This document shows positions 19,752-28,538 of a DNA stretch of 64,000 bases, in pieces (the stretch's first letter is position 1; the number at the start of each line of letters is the position of its first letter). Under the pieces are notes generated by a model. That model made no database searches. It saw only the letters and a program-made list of their open reading frames with translations, and was not told where the DNA came from. Source of the DNA: Longimicrobiales bacterium (GTDB taxonomy: Bacteria > Gemmatimonadota > Gemmatimonadetes > Longimicrobiales > Gaopeijiaceae); the NCBI GenBank assembly GCA_965238005.1, contig OZ250165.1, positions 2,208,001 through 2,272,000 on the forward strand, in the 5' to 3' direction. The translations under genes were made by a program, and so were the position numbers.

Positions 19752-20342
19752 TTGGATTTCCCGGCCCAGACCGACAAAGATCTAGCGGCCCTGGCGGCCG
19801 ACGGGCGGGAGGAGGCCTACGGCGAGCTGCTCAAGCGCTACGAACGGCCGATCTTCTCGCTCATCTATCGGATGGTCCGTGACCGATCTCTGGCCGAGGA
19901 TCTGGCCCAGGAGGCGTTCATACGGGCGTTCAACGCCATCTCCTCGTACGATCCGCGCTACAAGTTCAGCAGCTGGATCTTCAAGATCGCCAACAACCAC
20001 ACCATCGATCACCTGCGAAAGCGGAAGCTCGATACCGTCTCCATCCACGGCTCTCCACACGCCCGCACGGCGCGTGAGGAGGAGCAGACCAGCCTCGTTG
20101 TGGAAGCCACCGACGAGAACCCGCACGAATACGTGGAGCATCGCGAGCTCGGCCACCAGATCGAGCAGGCCATCGGGGAGCTCCGGCCGGAATATCGGAC
20201 CGCCATCCTGCTCCGGCACGTGGAGGGGTACGCTTACGACGAAATTGCCAAAATCATGGAGCTACCGCTGGGTACCGTGAAGACGTACTTACACCGCGCC
20301 CGCAGCGAGCTGAAGGTCCTCTTCGCACACCTCGCCTCATGA
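19752..20342 (+). CDS. ECF RNA polymerase sigma factor (SigW/RpoE-like)
   Basis: AEDLAQEAFIRAF, FSSWIFKIANNHTIDHLRK, YDEIAKIMELPLGTVKTYLHRAR; TTG start with GGAG upstream inferred. Confidence 0.95.
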   Translation: MDFPAQTDKDLAALAADGREEAYGELLKRYERPIFSLIYRMVRDRSLAEDLAQEAFIRAFNAISSYDPRYKFSSWIFKIANNHTIDHLRKRKLDTVSIHGSPHARTAREEEQTSLVVEATDENPHEYVEHRELGHQIEQAIGELRPEYRTAILLRHVEGYAYDEIAKIMELPLGTVKTYLHRARSELKVLFAHLAS

Positions 20343-20353
20343 GGGCTTTTTCA

Positions 20354-20380
20354 TGAAACTTTCGGGAAGTGCACCCCGTA
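20354..20380 (+). promoter_or_regulatory. Candidate internal ECF promoter for the anti-sigma operon
   Basis: TGAAAC-N17-CGTA in the sigma/anti-sigma gap. Confidence 0.7.
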
Positions 20381-20414
20381 GGGTCGATTAGGAAAAACGA
20401 CAGGAGTCGATGAA

Positions 20415-21389
20415 GTGGCAAAGAAGGACGGAGACATGCATCTGACCGCCGAGCGGATTCAGGCGTTTCTGGACGACGCTCTCCCGGAAGGGGAGAGGGT
20501 CCAAGTCGAGGAGCATGCTACGTTCTGTGCGCGCTGTCAGGCCGAGCTGGACGCCTGGCAGCTTCTATATTCCGAGTTGAGCAAGCTGCCGGAGCTGGAG
20601 CCCTCTGAAGGCTTTGCGCGCCGTGTGTTGGCCGAGCTGGACGTCTCGCCAGTACCGAAGCTGGATGTATTGACGGGACCCGAGGCCTCGGAGGCCCGCA
20701 AGTTCGGGTGGCTGCGTCGTCGAACGGCGGGGCTTGTGGAGCACCTCAGCCCCGAGCGCCTGCAAGACTACGTGGAAGGCATCCTTCCCCGGCCGCAGAT
20801 GGCCAGGGTCGAGGCCCATCTCGACGGATGTGGCGCCTGCAGCAGCGAGGCGGCCGCCTGGAGAGAGTTGGTCCAAGGGATCAAGACCCTGCCCGAGCTG
20901 GCTCCGTCCGCAGGGTTCGCGCGGCGGGTCATGGCGCAAGTCCGTATCGGGCGCCTGGTCCGTGAGCCAGTGGCCATCTCGACCCACAGCCGCGTCCTGG
21001 CATGGGCCGGACGCCTGTTCCCACGTACCCAGAAGGCCTGGGCGGTCATCTCCGGTGTGGCGGTCACGCCGGCCACCGTCATGGCCCTCCTGGTCTACGC
21101 GGTCTTCTCGAACCCGGCAGTCACACCGGCATACCTGGCGTCCTTCCTCTGGTGGAAGGTCAGCGGTGGAGTCTCCGCCATCGCCGGTGTCCTGGCGGAT
21201 ACGTTGTTTGAAAGCGCCATCATTTTCCAAGCCTATTCAGCCCTGGAGGCCTTAGCCGGTGCGCCTGCGCTGGCGGCCATGGTCGCCGTGTCTCTCGCCG
21301 CGGCGACGAGCCTGTCTGGATGGGTCCTGTATCGGACCCTAGGCCCCACCCAGACGGTGGATGGTCAGTATGCCAGAGCATCGATTTAG
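20415..21389 (+). CDS. Membrane-bound anti-sigma factor with two zf-HC2 (ZAS) domains
   Basis: HATFCARC and HLDGCGAC (HxxxCxxC twice); C-terminal TM segments; follows ECF sigma. Confidence 0.88.
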   Translation: MAKKDGDMHLTAERIQAFLDDALPEGERVQVEEHATFCARCQAELDAWQLLYSELSKLPELEPSEGFARRVLAELDVSPVPKLDVLTGPEASEARKFGWLRRRTAGLVEHLSPERLQDYVEGILPRPQMARVEAHLDGCGACSSEAAAWRELVQGIKTLPELAPSAGFARRVMAQVRIGRLVREPVAISTHSRVLAWAGRLFPRTQKAWAVISGVAVTPATVMALLVYAVFSNPAVTPAYLASFLWWKVSGGVSAIAGVLADTLFESAIIFQAYSALEALAGAPALAAMVAVSLAAATSLSGWVLYRTLGPTQTVDGQYARASI

Positions 21390-23043
21390 CCTCAACCGGC
21401 CTCTCGTGCCGGTCCTTCTCGTCGCGTTCCTGCCCGTCGCGGTGACGGGACAGGTGCGTGAGGTCGTGTCCAACCAGCTCGCGATCTCGCAGCGCGAGGC
21501 GGGCCTGGTCCTCGAGTTCGTCGACGACGGCGTGCTGGAGATCTCGCTGCGCGACGGGGTAGTGATGGTGGACGACGAGGTCGTGGGAGGCTTCGACCGG
21601 GGCGACGCCCTGGACACGGCTTGGCGACTGCTCCTCGGCGAGATCGTCAACCTCTCGGACGGGCCCCTGGGCCAGGTTCTGCAGGAATGGGCTCCGCCTT
21701 CGTCCCTCTCGGGAGATGCCATGGAGGCGGCCCGGCTCCTGGACGAGTCCCTGGAGCAGGCGTTGCGTCCGCTGGAGACGAGTGCACAGGCCGACCCGGA
21801 AGCGGAGATCGATCTCAACATTTCGGCGGACCTGGGATTCGGTCTCCGGGCGCTCCTCAGCCGCACGGAGATCCTGGGTGAGCTCGGACGGGCCATCGAT
21901 GTGCTGACCTCCGCCATCTACGTCGGAGAGGATGTGGTGGTCGCCGAGGACGAGACCATCGAGGGGACCATCGTCGTCGTAGACGGCGATCTCACGGTGG
22001 ACGGAACCATCCAGGATGACGTCGTCATCGTCGAGGGCTCCATCACGGTCAACGACGGAGGGGATGTCCACGGCAACATCCGGCTGGTGGATTCGCGCTA
22101 CTTCGGGGTCGACGAGTCGTACCTCGGGGGACGGGTGATCCGCGTCGACTCCGAGGACACAGACAGCGGGCCGTCGGTGGACTTGGAGGATCTCGAGGAC
22201 CGGATCCGAGACGAGATACGGAGCGAGCTCCGTAGCGAGTTCCGGAATAGCGGGAGGAGCCTCTCACCCTTCCGCGCGGTGGGACGGGGGATCGCCGACG
22301 TCATCGGCGACCTGATCTCCTTCCTCATCGTCTCCCTCATCGCCCTGAGCGTGGTCTACTTCGCCAAGGACAACCTCGAGGTGGTGGCCGACACCGCCCG
22401 GCGGAACCCCATGCGCGCAGGGCTGGTGGGGATAGCTGGTGCCTTCCTGGTCCTTCCGACCTGGCTGCTGGGCTGTGTGGCTCTGGTAGTCTCGGTCGTG
22501 GGCATCATCGCCCTGCCCTTCTGGCTGATCCTCTTCCCCGTCGCGGTGGCTCTGGGAGCCGGGCTGGGGTACCTGGCCGCGGCCAGAAACATCGGTGAAT
22601 GGGTGGCCGCCAAGGACATAAATGGTCTGGAGTGGCTGCAGCCCACCAACACCCTCTATGCGGTGGTCACCGGCGTGGGCGCGATTCTGGCCTTCTCCGT
22701 GGCCGCCAGCGTGCTGGACATCGTGCCGTTCTTCGGCTTCTTCAGTGGGCTGCTGGCCGCACTGGGATCCATGCTCGCCATTGCGGCATTGCTCGTCGGA
22801 TTCGGTGCAGTGCTACTGACGCGAGGTGGTCGCCAGGCCGAGTTCTACGACGGTGGTGACCCTTTCGACGACGAGCCGGCCTGGGAGCAAGACGGGTTCT
22901 CTGACGATGTGATCGAGGCCGAAGAGGTCGACGAAGAGCCCGAGGCTGAGGTGGACAGTGAGGACCTGGCAGAGGCCACTGCCGACGTGGCCGAGGAAGA
23001 CTCAGACGAGGTGGGGGAGAACCGGGATGCGGACGATGAATAG
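21370..23043 (+). CDS. Membrane protein with bactofilin-like beta-helix repeats, multi-TM domain and acidic tail
   Basis: Signal peptide, repeats VVVDGDLTVDGTIQDDVVIVEGSITVNDGGDVHGNI, about 5 TM helices, D/E-rich C-terminus. Confidence 0.7.
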   Translation: MPEHRFSLNRPLVPVLLVAFLPVAVTGQVREVVSNQLAISQREAGLVLEFVDDGVLEISLRDGVVMVDDEVVGGFDRGDALDTAWRLLLGEIVNLSDGPLGQVLQEWAPPSSLSGDAMEAARLLDESLEQALRPLETSAQADPEAEIDLNISADLGFGLRALLSRTEILGELGRAIDVLTSAIYVGEDVVVAEDETIEGTIVVVDGDLTVDGTIQDDVVIVEGSITVNDGGDVHGNIRLVDSRYFGVDESYLGGRVIRVDSEDTDSGPSVDLEDLEDRIRDEIRSELRSEFRNSGRSLSPFRAVGRGIADVIGDLISFLIVSLIALSVVYFAKDNLEVVADTARRNPMRAGLVGIAGAFLVLPTWLLGCVALVVSVVGIIALPFWLILFPVAVALGAGLGYLAAARNIGEWVAAKDINGLEWLQPTNTLYAVVTGVGAILAFSVAASVLDIVPFFGFFSGLLAALGSMLAIAALLVGFGAVLLTRGGRQAEFYDGGDPFDDEPAWEQDGFSDDVIEAEEVDEEPEAEVDSEDLAEATADVAEEDSDEVGENRDADDE

Positions 23044-23881
23044 ACAAGTGACGAGACTTCCGCTGGCCCTGCTGCTGATCGGGGTCGGTGCAGAGCGTGC
23101 GTACGGCCAGGACTGGCGCACCGTCACCATGTCACGACAGATCGAGGACGGGCAGCCCGTGGACGTGGAGGTGCGGTACGGAGCCGGCCAACTCAGCGTT
23201 GGTCCGGCCGAGACCGGGATCCTCTACCGGATGCAGCTCCGATACGATGAAAAGGTCTTCGAGCCGGTGGCCGAGCGTCGTGGCTCCACCCTCCGCCTCG
23301 GCACCGAGAGCATCGGACGGAGCTTCAGGATCGGTAGGAACCGAACGGGTGGCGAGATGGAGCTCGAGCTGGCTCGGGACATTGCCATGGACCTGAGCAT
23401 GGAGTTCGGAGCCGTGAAGGCGGACATCGATCTGGGCGGTCTGCGTCTCACGGGACTGGACATCGAGACCGGCGCCTCTCAGACACAGCTGGTGGTGTCA
23501 GAGCCCAATCAGGAGACCATGGACGAGGCGAGCCTCGAGGTGGGCGCCGCCGAGTTCACGGCCCGTCAGTTGGGCAACCTGAACGCAAGCCGCATCGAGG
23601 TCGACGCCGGCCTCGGTGACATCGATCTCGACTTCACCGGCGAGTGGCAGAGAGACGCACGAGTCTCCGTGGACATGGGACTCGGCGCCCTGACTCTGCG
23701 CTTCCCGAATGGACTCGGGGTGAGGCTCGTGAAAGACACCTTCCTGACGTCCCTGGATTCTGAGGGGCTCGTCAAGCGCGGCGATGCGTATTATTCGTTG
23801 GACTACGACGAGGCGGACTATCAGGTCACGGTAGACGTCGACGCCGCGTTCGGTAGCATCCGTGTCCTCTGGGTGCGCTGA
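23036..23881 (+). CDS. Exported beta-solenoid protein (toast-rack/LiaF-C/DUF2154-like)
   Basis: Signal peptide; repeated xxGAxxxxxDL units (FGAVKADIDL, TGASQTQL, VGAAEF, AGLGDIDLDF, MGLGALTL, AAFGSI). Confidence 0.65.
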   Translation: MNRQVTRLPLALLLIGVGAERAYGQDWRTVTMSRQIEDGQPVDVEVRYGAGQLSVGPAETGILYRMQLRYDEKVFEPVAERRGSTLRLGTESIGRSFRIGRNRTGGEMELELARDIAMDLSMEFGAVKADIDLGGLRLTGLDIETGASQTQLVVSEPNQETMDEASLEVGAAEFTARQLGNLNASRIEVDAGLGDIDLDFTGEWQRDARVSVDMGLGALTLRFPNGLGVRLVKDTFLTSLDSEGLVKRGDAYYSLDYDEADYQVTVDVDAAFGSIRVLWVR

Positions 23882-23900
23882 TTAGGATTAGGAGACAGAG

Positions 23901-24134
23901 ATGATCGGTACACTGCTGACCTTCTTCGCCGTCGGACTGGTCACCCTGGTCGTCGCCGGGATCGCGCTGTCGATCTTGGGGACGGTCCTGTCGCTGGGGC
24001 TCGGCCTCGCCGCCTTCCTGCTCTTCAAGGTGGCGCCCATCCTTCTCGTCGGGTGGGTGGTGCTCAAGGTCATCGACAAGCGGAGGGGTGGCAGCCTCTC
24101 GGCCGCCGACCGTCGCTGGCTGGAAGGCGAGTAG
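23901..24134 (+). CDS. Small membrane protein
   Basis: Strong RBS AGGAG; 77 aa with 2 hydrophobic helices; last gene of the ECF operon. Confidence 0.8.
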   Translation: MIGTLLTFFAVGLVTLVVAGIALSILGTVLSLGLGLAAFLLFKVAPILLVGWVVLKVIDKRRGGSLSAADRRWLEGE

Positions 24135-24183
24135 CGAGCCTGCGAGGACTTTAGTGAGAGTATCCAGGGTGGGCCGAGCGCTG

Positions 24184-25296
24184 CTACGCCCGCACGGTGG
24201 CCGTCAGCGCCTCTAGCACGACTTTGGCGATCCCCTTGAGGGCCTGCCCTGCAGCCGAATCGGGAGCGGAAACCACCGTCGGGATGCCCTCGTCCCCGGC
24301 CGCCCGAACCGTCGGATCCAGGGGGACCCGGCCCAGGACGGGTAGATTCATCTCTTCGGCCAGGCGCTCGCCCCCCCCGCTCCCGAAGACGTCGATCTCC
24401 TCTCCGCAGTGGGGGCATACGAGTGCAACCATGTTCTCGACGATCCCTAGAATGCGCGTGTTCACGCGCTCGAACATCTTTATGCCCCTTCGGACGTCAC
24501 CGGTGGACACGTCCTGTGGCGTGCTCACCATCACCACACCGGCGATGTCGATGGACTGGACCAGCGACAGCTGAGCGTCACCGGTTCCCGGCGGCATGTC
24601 CACGACCATCACGTCCAAAGCCCCCCAGCTCACCTGCTCGAGGAACTGCTTGAGTATCCCGGAGACGAGGGGGCCCCGCATGATGGCTGGTTGTTCCTTC
24701 TCCAGCAGGAATCCGAGGCTCATGAGGCGCACACCGTGGGCCTCCAGAGGCTCGATCATCTCCTGACCCTTGCCTCCGGTCACCGCCGGACGGCGGTCCT
24801 CACCGAACATGAGGGGGATGTTGGGCCCGTAGATATCCGCGTCCAGAAGTCCGACGGACCGTCCCGCGGCGGCCAGGGCCGCCGCCAGGTTCGTCGCCAC
24901 CATGGACTTGCCCACACCACCCTTGCCCGAGCTCACCGCGACGACGTGGGCCACCTCGGAGAGGATCCCGGGCTTGGGCGTCGGCGCGGGTACCGACCCC
25001 GGCTGGAGGCCGCCGGAAGGTGGTCCCCCTCTTGGGGCCTGACCCGTGGTCTGAGGCAGTTTGACGTTGATCTTCACACTGCCGACGCTCTTCACGGCCT
25101 CCACCGCCCCCCTCGCCTCGCGAACAAGATCCCCGGGATCGTCACCTTGGAGGACGAAGGAAAAGCGCACGTCGCCACCGTCCGCCACCTCCAAGGACTG
25201 GACGTGTCCACTCTCTATGATGTCACGGCCGGTGGTGGGATGGCGTACGGCGGCCAAGGCCTGGAGCACGGTCATCCGGAGGTCGTCGTCGCCCAT
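24184..25296 (-). CDS. mrp: Mrp/ApbC/NBP35 Fe-S cluster carrier ATPase
   Basis: SGKGGVGKS, DADIYGP, DMPPGTGD, ENM...CPHC. Confidence 0.95.
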   Translation of the reverse strand: MGDDDLRMTVLQALAAVRHPTTGRDIIESGHVQSLEVADGGDVRFSFVLQGDDPGDLVREARGAVEAVKSVGSVKINVKLPQTTGQAPRGGPPSGGLQPGSVPAPTPKPGILSEVAHVVAVSSGKGGVGKSMVATNLAAALAAAGRSVGLLDADIYGPNIPLMFGEDRRPAVTGGKGQEMIEPLEAHGVRLMSLGFLLEKEQPAIMRGPLVSGILKQFLEQVSWGALDVMVVDMPPGTGDAQLSLVQSIDIAGVVMVSTPQDVSTGDVRRGIKMFERVNTRILGIVENMVALVCPHCGEEIDVFGSGGGERLAEEMNLPVLGRVPLDPTVRAAGDEGIPTVVSAPDSAAGQALKGIAKVVLEALTATVRA

Positions 25297-25358
25297 TTTC
25301 GCTCCCGAACGGTACACAGGGCATGCCCGCTCATGGCCATGAGCGGTCTCACGACCCC

Positions 25359-25393
25359 AAAAAAAGGGGCGCCCCCGGGGTCTCCGGGACGCC
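25359..25393 (-). terminator. Rho-independent terminator after the nifU-like gene
   Basis: GC-rich hairpin (GGCGTCCCGG...CCGGGGGCGCC) followed by T7 on the minus strand. Confidence 0.7.
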
Positions 25394-25437
25394 GGCACGG
25401 GGTCTTGGCCAATGCTGGTCCTGCCCGTTTCTTCGCT

Positions 25438-25674
25438 TTAGACTGCCTGGACCTCGGTCACACCCGGGACGCTGCTCTTGAGGCGACGCTCGATCCCCTC
25501 TTTCAGAGTCATCAGGGAGATGGGACAGGCCTCGCAGGCCCCCAAGAGACGCAACTCCACAACACCATCCACCTCGTCGAAGCCCAGGAACTCCAGATCC
25601 CCGCCATCCGCCCATAGTGCCGGACGGATCGACTCCAGGACTTCCTCGATTCTTGCTTCCGTCGTCTTCGGCAT
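25438..25674 (-). CDS. NifU/NfuA C-terminal domain protein
   Basis: IRPALWADGGDLE, LLGACEACPIS, TLKEGIE. Confidence 0.93.
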   Translation of the reverse strand: MPKTTEARIEEVLESIRPALWADGGDLEFLGFDEVDGVVELRLLGACEACPISLMTLKEGIERRLKSSVPGVTEVQAV

Positions 25675-25712
25675 GCGATTGCGTCCCGTGCCACGCTGCC
25701 TCGAACCGAGAA

Positions 25713-25742
25713 AACCTACGAATATTTCATTGCATGAGTCAA
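25713..25742 (-). promoter_or_regulatory. Candidate sigma70 promoter of the nifU-like gene
   Basis: TTGACT-N18-TAGGTT in an AT-rich divergent intergenic region. Confidence 0.45.
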
Positions 25743-25867
25743 CATGACCGTTGTTATATTCCAACGAGGTTGCGTTAACAGGGTTGAAAACGGAGATTCA
25801 CAAACATATGTTTTCATCGTTTGCCGGGTCCAGAGGCAGACCCTGGGGACAACTGCGACGAGGCTGA

Positions 25868-28258
25868 ATGCACGAAGACACGACGTCCCTTGCCCCCCTC
25901 GAGTCTGAGCTGTCGGGCGCCTCGCCCCACATCTCGGACTACTGGCACGTCATCACCCGTCGCCTGTGGCTCGTGCTCCTCATTTTCGGAGTGACGACCG
26001 CTTCGGCCATCTGGGCGGCATCCAACCAGCGGACGATCTACGAGACAAGGGCCACCCTCCAGATCAACGATCCGCTCGAGGTGACCCGACAGCTCACGGT
26101 CCCCAGGGCGGTGGCGCACATGAGGATCTTCGTGGATCCCATCGAGTCGGAGATTCAGGTGCTGGCCTCGGCCCAAGTGGCCCGCAGCGTGGTGCAGCAC
26201 GTGGGTCTGCGGCTGCGTCCCGAGAATCCGAATCTCGCACGCTCCCATCTCTTCGTGGACGCCTGGATCGACCCGGAGGCGCCAGACGGTGTCCTTGATC
26301 TCGTCTACGACGTGGACGGCACCGAGGCGCAGATCTTCGACGGTACCGGGATCCTCGTCGCGGCCGGCCCCGTGGGCACGGAGCTCGACGGCGGTTGGCT
26401 TAGGCTGAGGACGCAGCTTCCACCCGGAGAAGCTCGCCGGTACCGCCTGGTGATCCATCCGGTATCGGCAGTCCAAGGTGAGGTTCAGGGACGACTCACG
26501 GCGAAAACCCTGGAATCGACGAACATCATCCAGGTGAGCTACCGGAGTCCCGATCCCATCCTGGCACCGAAGATCTTGAACGGGGCCACGGTTGCCCTAC
26601 AGAGCTTCGGAGAGGCTCGAGTCCGGCAGCAGGCTGAGCGCGATCTCGCGTTCATCGAGCAGCGTCTCGACAGCGCCCTGTCTCAGCTCCAGGGCTCGTC
26701 CCAGGCGATTCGGCGCTTCAAGGAGAGCGCCTCGTTCACCAGCCTGACCATCCAGGAGCAGCAGCTCCTGAATCGCTACCAGCGCACCGACGACCGAATG
26801 CAGGAGTTGGTCGCCCAGCTGGACGCCCTCCACGGGCTCACGGTGAGCTTGGAGACGACCGGCGTCGGGGGCGTTGACCTCGTAGCCTTCATGGCGGTGC
26901 TGCCCGCCGGAGTGAATCCGCAGATCCGCGGCCTCGCCGACGAAGTGCAGGGCCGCAATAACCTGGTCCAGACGCTTCTGACCGAGGAGCGGAAGACTGA
27001 GGATGATCCACAGGTGAGGGCGGTTCGGGCCCAGCTCCAGGCAAAGGAGGCCGAGCTCAGAACCGCAGTCGATGAGAACCTGGGCGTCCTCGACACCCAG
27101 ATCGCGGACCAGCAGGCCCAGCTCAACCAGATTCGGGCCGACCAGGCGAACTTCCCCGAGCTCGAGAACCGGCTCGAAGAGCTGAACATCCAGCTGGGAC
27201 TCGACCAGGAGACCGTGCGCTTTCTCAAGTCACAGCAGTACCAAGGGGAGATCACCGCCGCGGGTGCGTCGGCCTATGTCGCCGTCGTCGACTCGGCCGA
27301 CAGCGTGAGCCCAGTGACGACTGGCGGACGGACCAATCTTCTCCTCGGCGCGCTCCTGGGGCTGATCCTCGGGGTTGGGGCGGCGTTCTTCCTCGAGTAT
27401 CTCGACCGTACGGTCCGCACCAGCGCGGACGTCGAGACACTCCTCAGTATTCCGGTCTTCGGCATCATACCGCGGCTCCGGAAGCTCAGGCCCGAGTCGG
27501 AAGAGGACGACGGCCGCGGCGCCCTTCCCCTCATGGTGGCGCTGGATCCTCTCGATCCGGCCGCCGAGGCGTATCGCAACCTGCGCATGAACCTGATGTT
27601 CATGAGCACCGACGACGAGCCCATCCGGACCCTGCTCTTCTCGAGCCCAGGCCCCAACGAAGGCAAGTCCACAACTGCGATCAACTTCGCCGTCATGCTG
27701 GCGCAACAGGGGCAGCGGGTGCTGCTCATCGACGCGGACCTGCGTCGCCCCACCCTACACCGGGCCCTGGACGTGCTCCGGGAGCCGGGGCTCACCAACC
27801 TACTGGTGGGAGACGCGGAGCTGCGCGAGGCTGTTCGGCCCAACGTCCTCCCGAACCTGGATCTACTACCCAGCGGGCCCTTCCCGCCCAACCCATCCGA
27901 GCTCCTCAACTCCAAGACCATGCAGCGTCTTCTGGAGGAGTTCGAAGGGAAGTACAGCCACCTCATCCTGGATACGCCACCCATCCTCGCCGTCACCGAC
28001 TCGGCGATTCTGGGCGCCCACACCGATGGTGTCGTTCTCGTGCTGCGGTCTGGAGAGACTGAGCAACGGGCAGCCGAGCGGGCCGTGGATCAGCTCCGGA
28101 GGATCGGCGTGAGGGTCTTCGGGGCGGTGCTGAACGAGGTGTCCTCCGCCACCGTGGAGGAGAGCTACTATATGCAGTACCACTACAGCTACCATCCACG
28201 CCAGGATGGTGGATTTAAGAAGCTGACCAAGGGGCTACAGAAGGCGAAGATCTGGTAG
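25868..28258 (+). CDS. wzc: Polysaccharide co-polymerase / BY tyrosine autokinase (Wzc/GumC family)
   Basis: Wzz-like N-terminus, coiled coil, second TM, AEAYRNLR, GPNEGKST, LIDADLRRP, DTPP, Tyr cluster SYYMQYHYSY. Confidence 0.92.
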   Translation: MHEDTTSLAPLESELSGASPHISDYWHVITRRLWLVLLIFGVTTASAIWAASNQRTIYETRATLQINDPLEVTRQLTVPRAVAHMRIFVDPIESEIQVLASAQVARSVVQHVGLRLRPENPNLARSHLFVDAWIDPEAPDGVLDLVYDVDGTEAQIFDGTGILVAAGPVGTELDGGWLRLRTQLPPGEARRYRLVIHPVSAVQGEVQGRLTAKTLESTNIIQVSYRSPDPILAPKILNGATVALQSFGEARVRQQAERDLAFIEQRLDSALSQLQGSSQAIRRFKESASFTSLTIQEQQLLNRYQRTDDRMQELVAQLDALHGLTVSLETTGVGGVDLVAFMAVLPAGVNPQIRGLADEVQGRNNLVQTLLTEERKTEDDPQVRAVRAQLQAKEAELRTAVDENLGVLDTQIADQQAQLNQIRADQANFPELENRLEELNIQLGLDQETVRFLKSQQYQGEITAAGASAYVAVVDSADSVSPVTTGGRTNLLLGALLGLILGVGAAFFLEYLDRTVRTSADVETLLSIPVFGIIPRLRKLRPESEEDDGRGALPLMVALDPLDPAAEAYRNLRMNLMFMSTDDEPIRTLLFSSPGPNEGKSTTAINFAVMLAQQGQRVLLIDADLRRPTLHRALDVLREPGLTNLLVGDAELREAVRPNVLPNLDLLPSGPFPPNPSELLNSKTMQRLLEEFEGKYSHLILDTPPILAVTDSAILGAHTDGVVLVLRSGETEQRAAERAVDQLRRIGVRVFGAVLNEVSSATVEESYYMQYHYSYHPRQDGGFKKLTKGLQKAKIW

Positions 28259-28538
28259 AAGCTCCCTGCTTCAACCCCCCAATCCGACTTTTCCGAGCCG
28301 CGGCCCTTGGGGTCGTCGTCACCTATCAATCGTCCCGCGGACCCTCTCCTGGTGCGCTTGCGGCGGAGGCCCCCACACCCGAGATTGCCCAAGCCAGGGG
28401 GAATTTCAGGCTGGGTCGCCCAGCCGTACGACGGGTGAGCAGCGAACGTTCCCCGTCCCTTTTTTGGGATGCCGAGCAGCCCCCCAGCGGCAAGAGCTGA
28501 CTTCCAAAGACAACTATCCGCCTCGAGAGTCGACTTCA

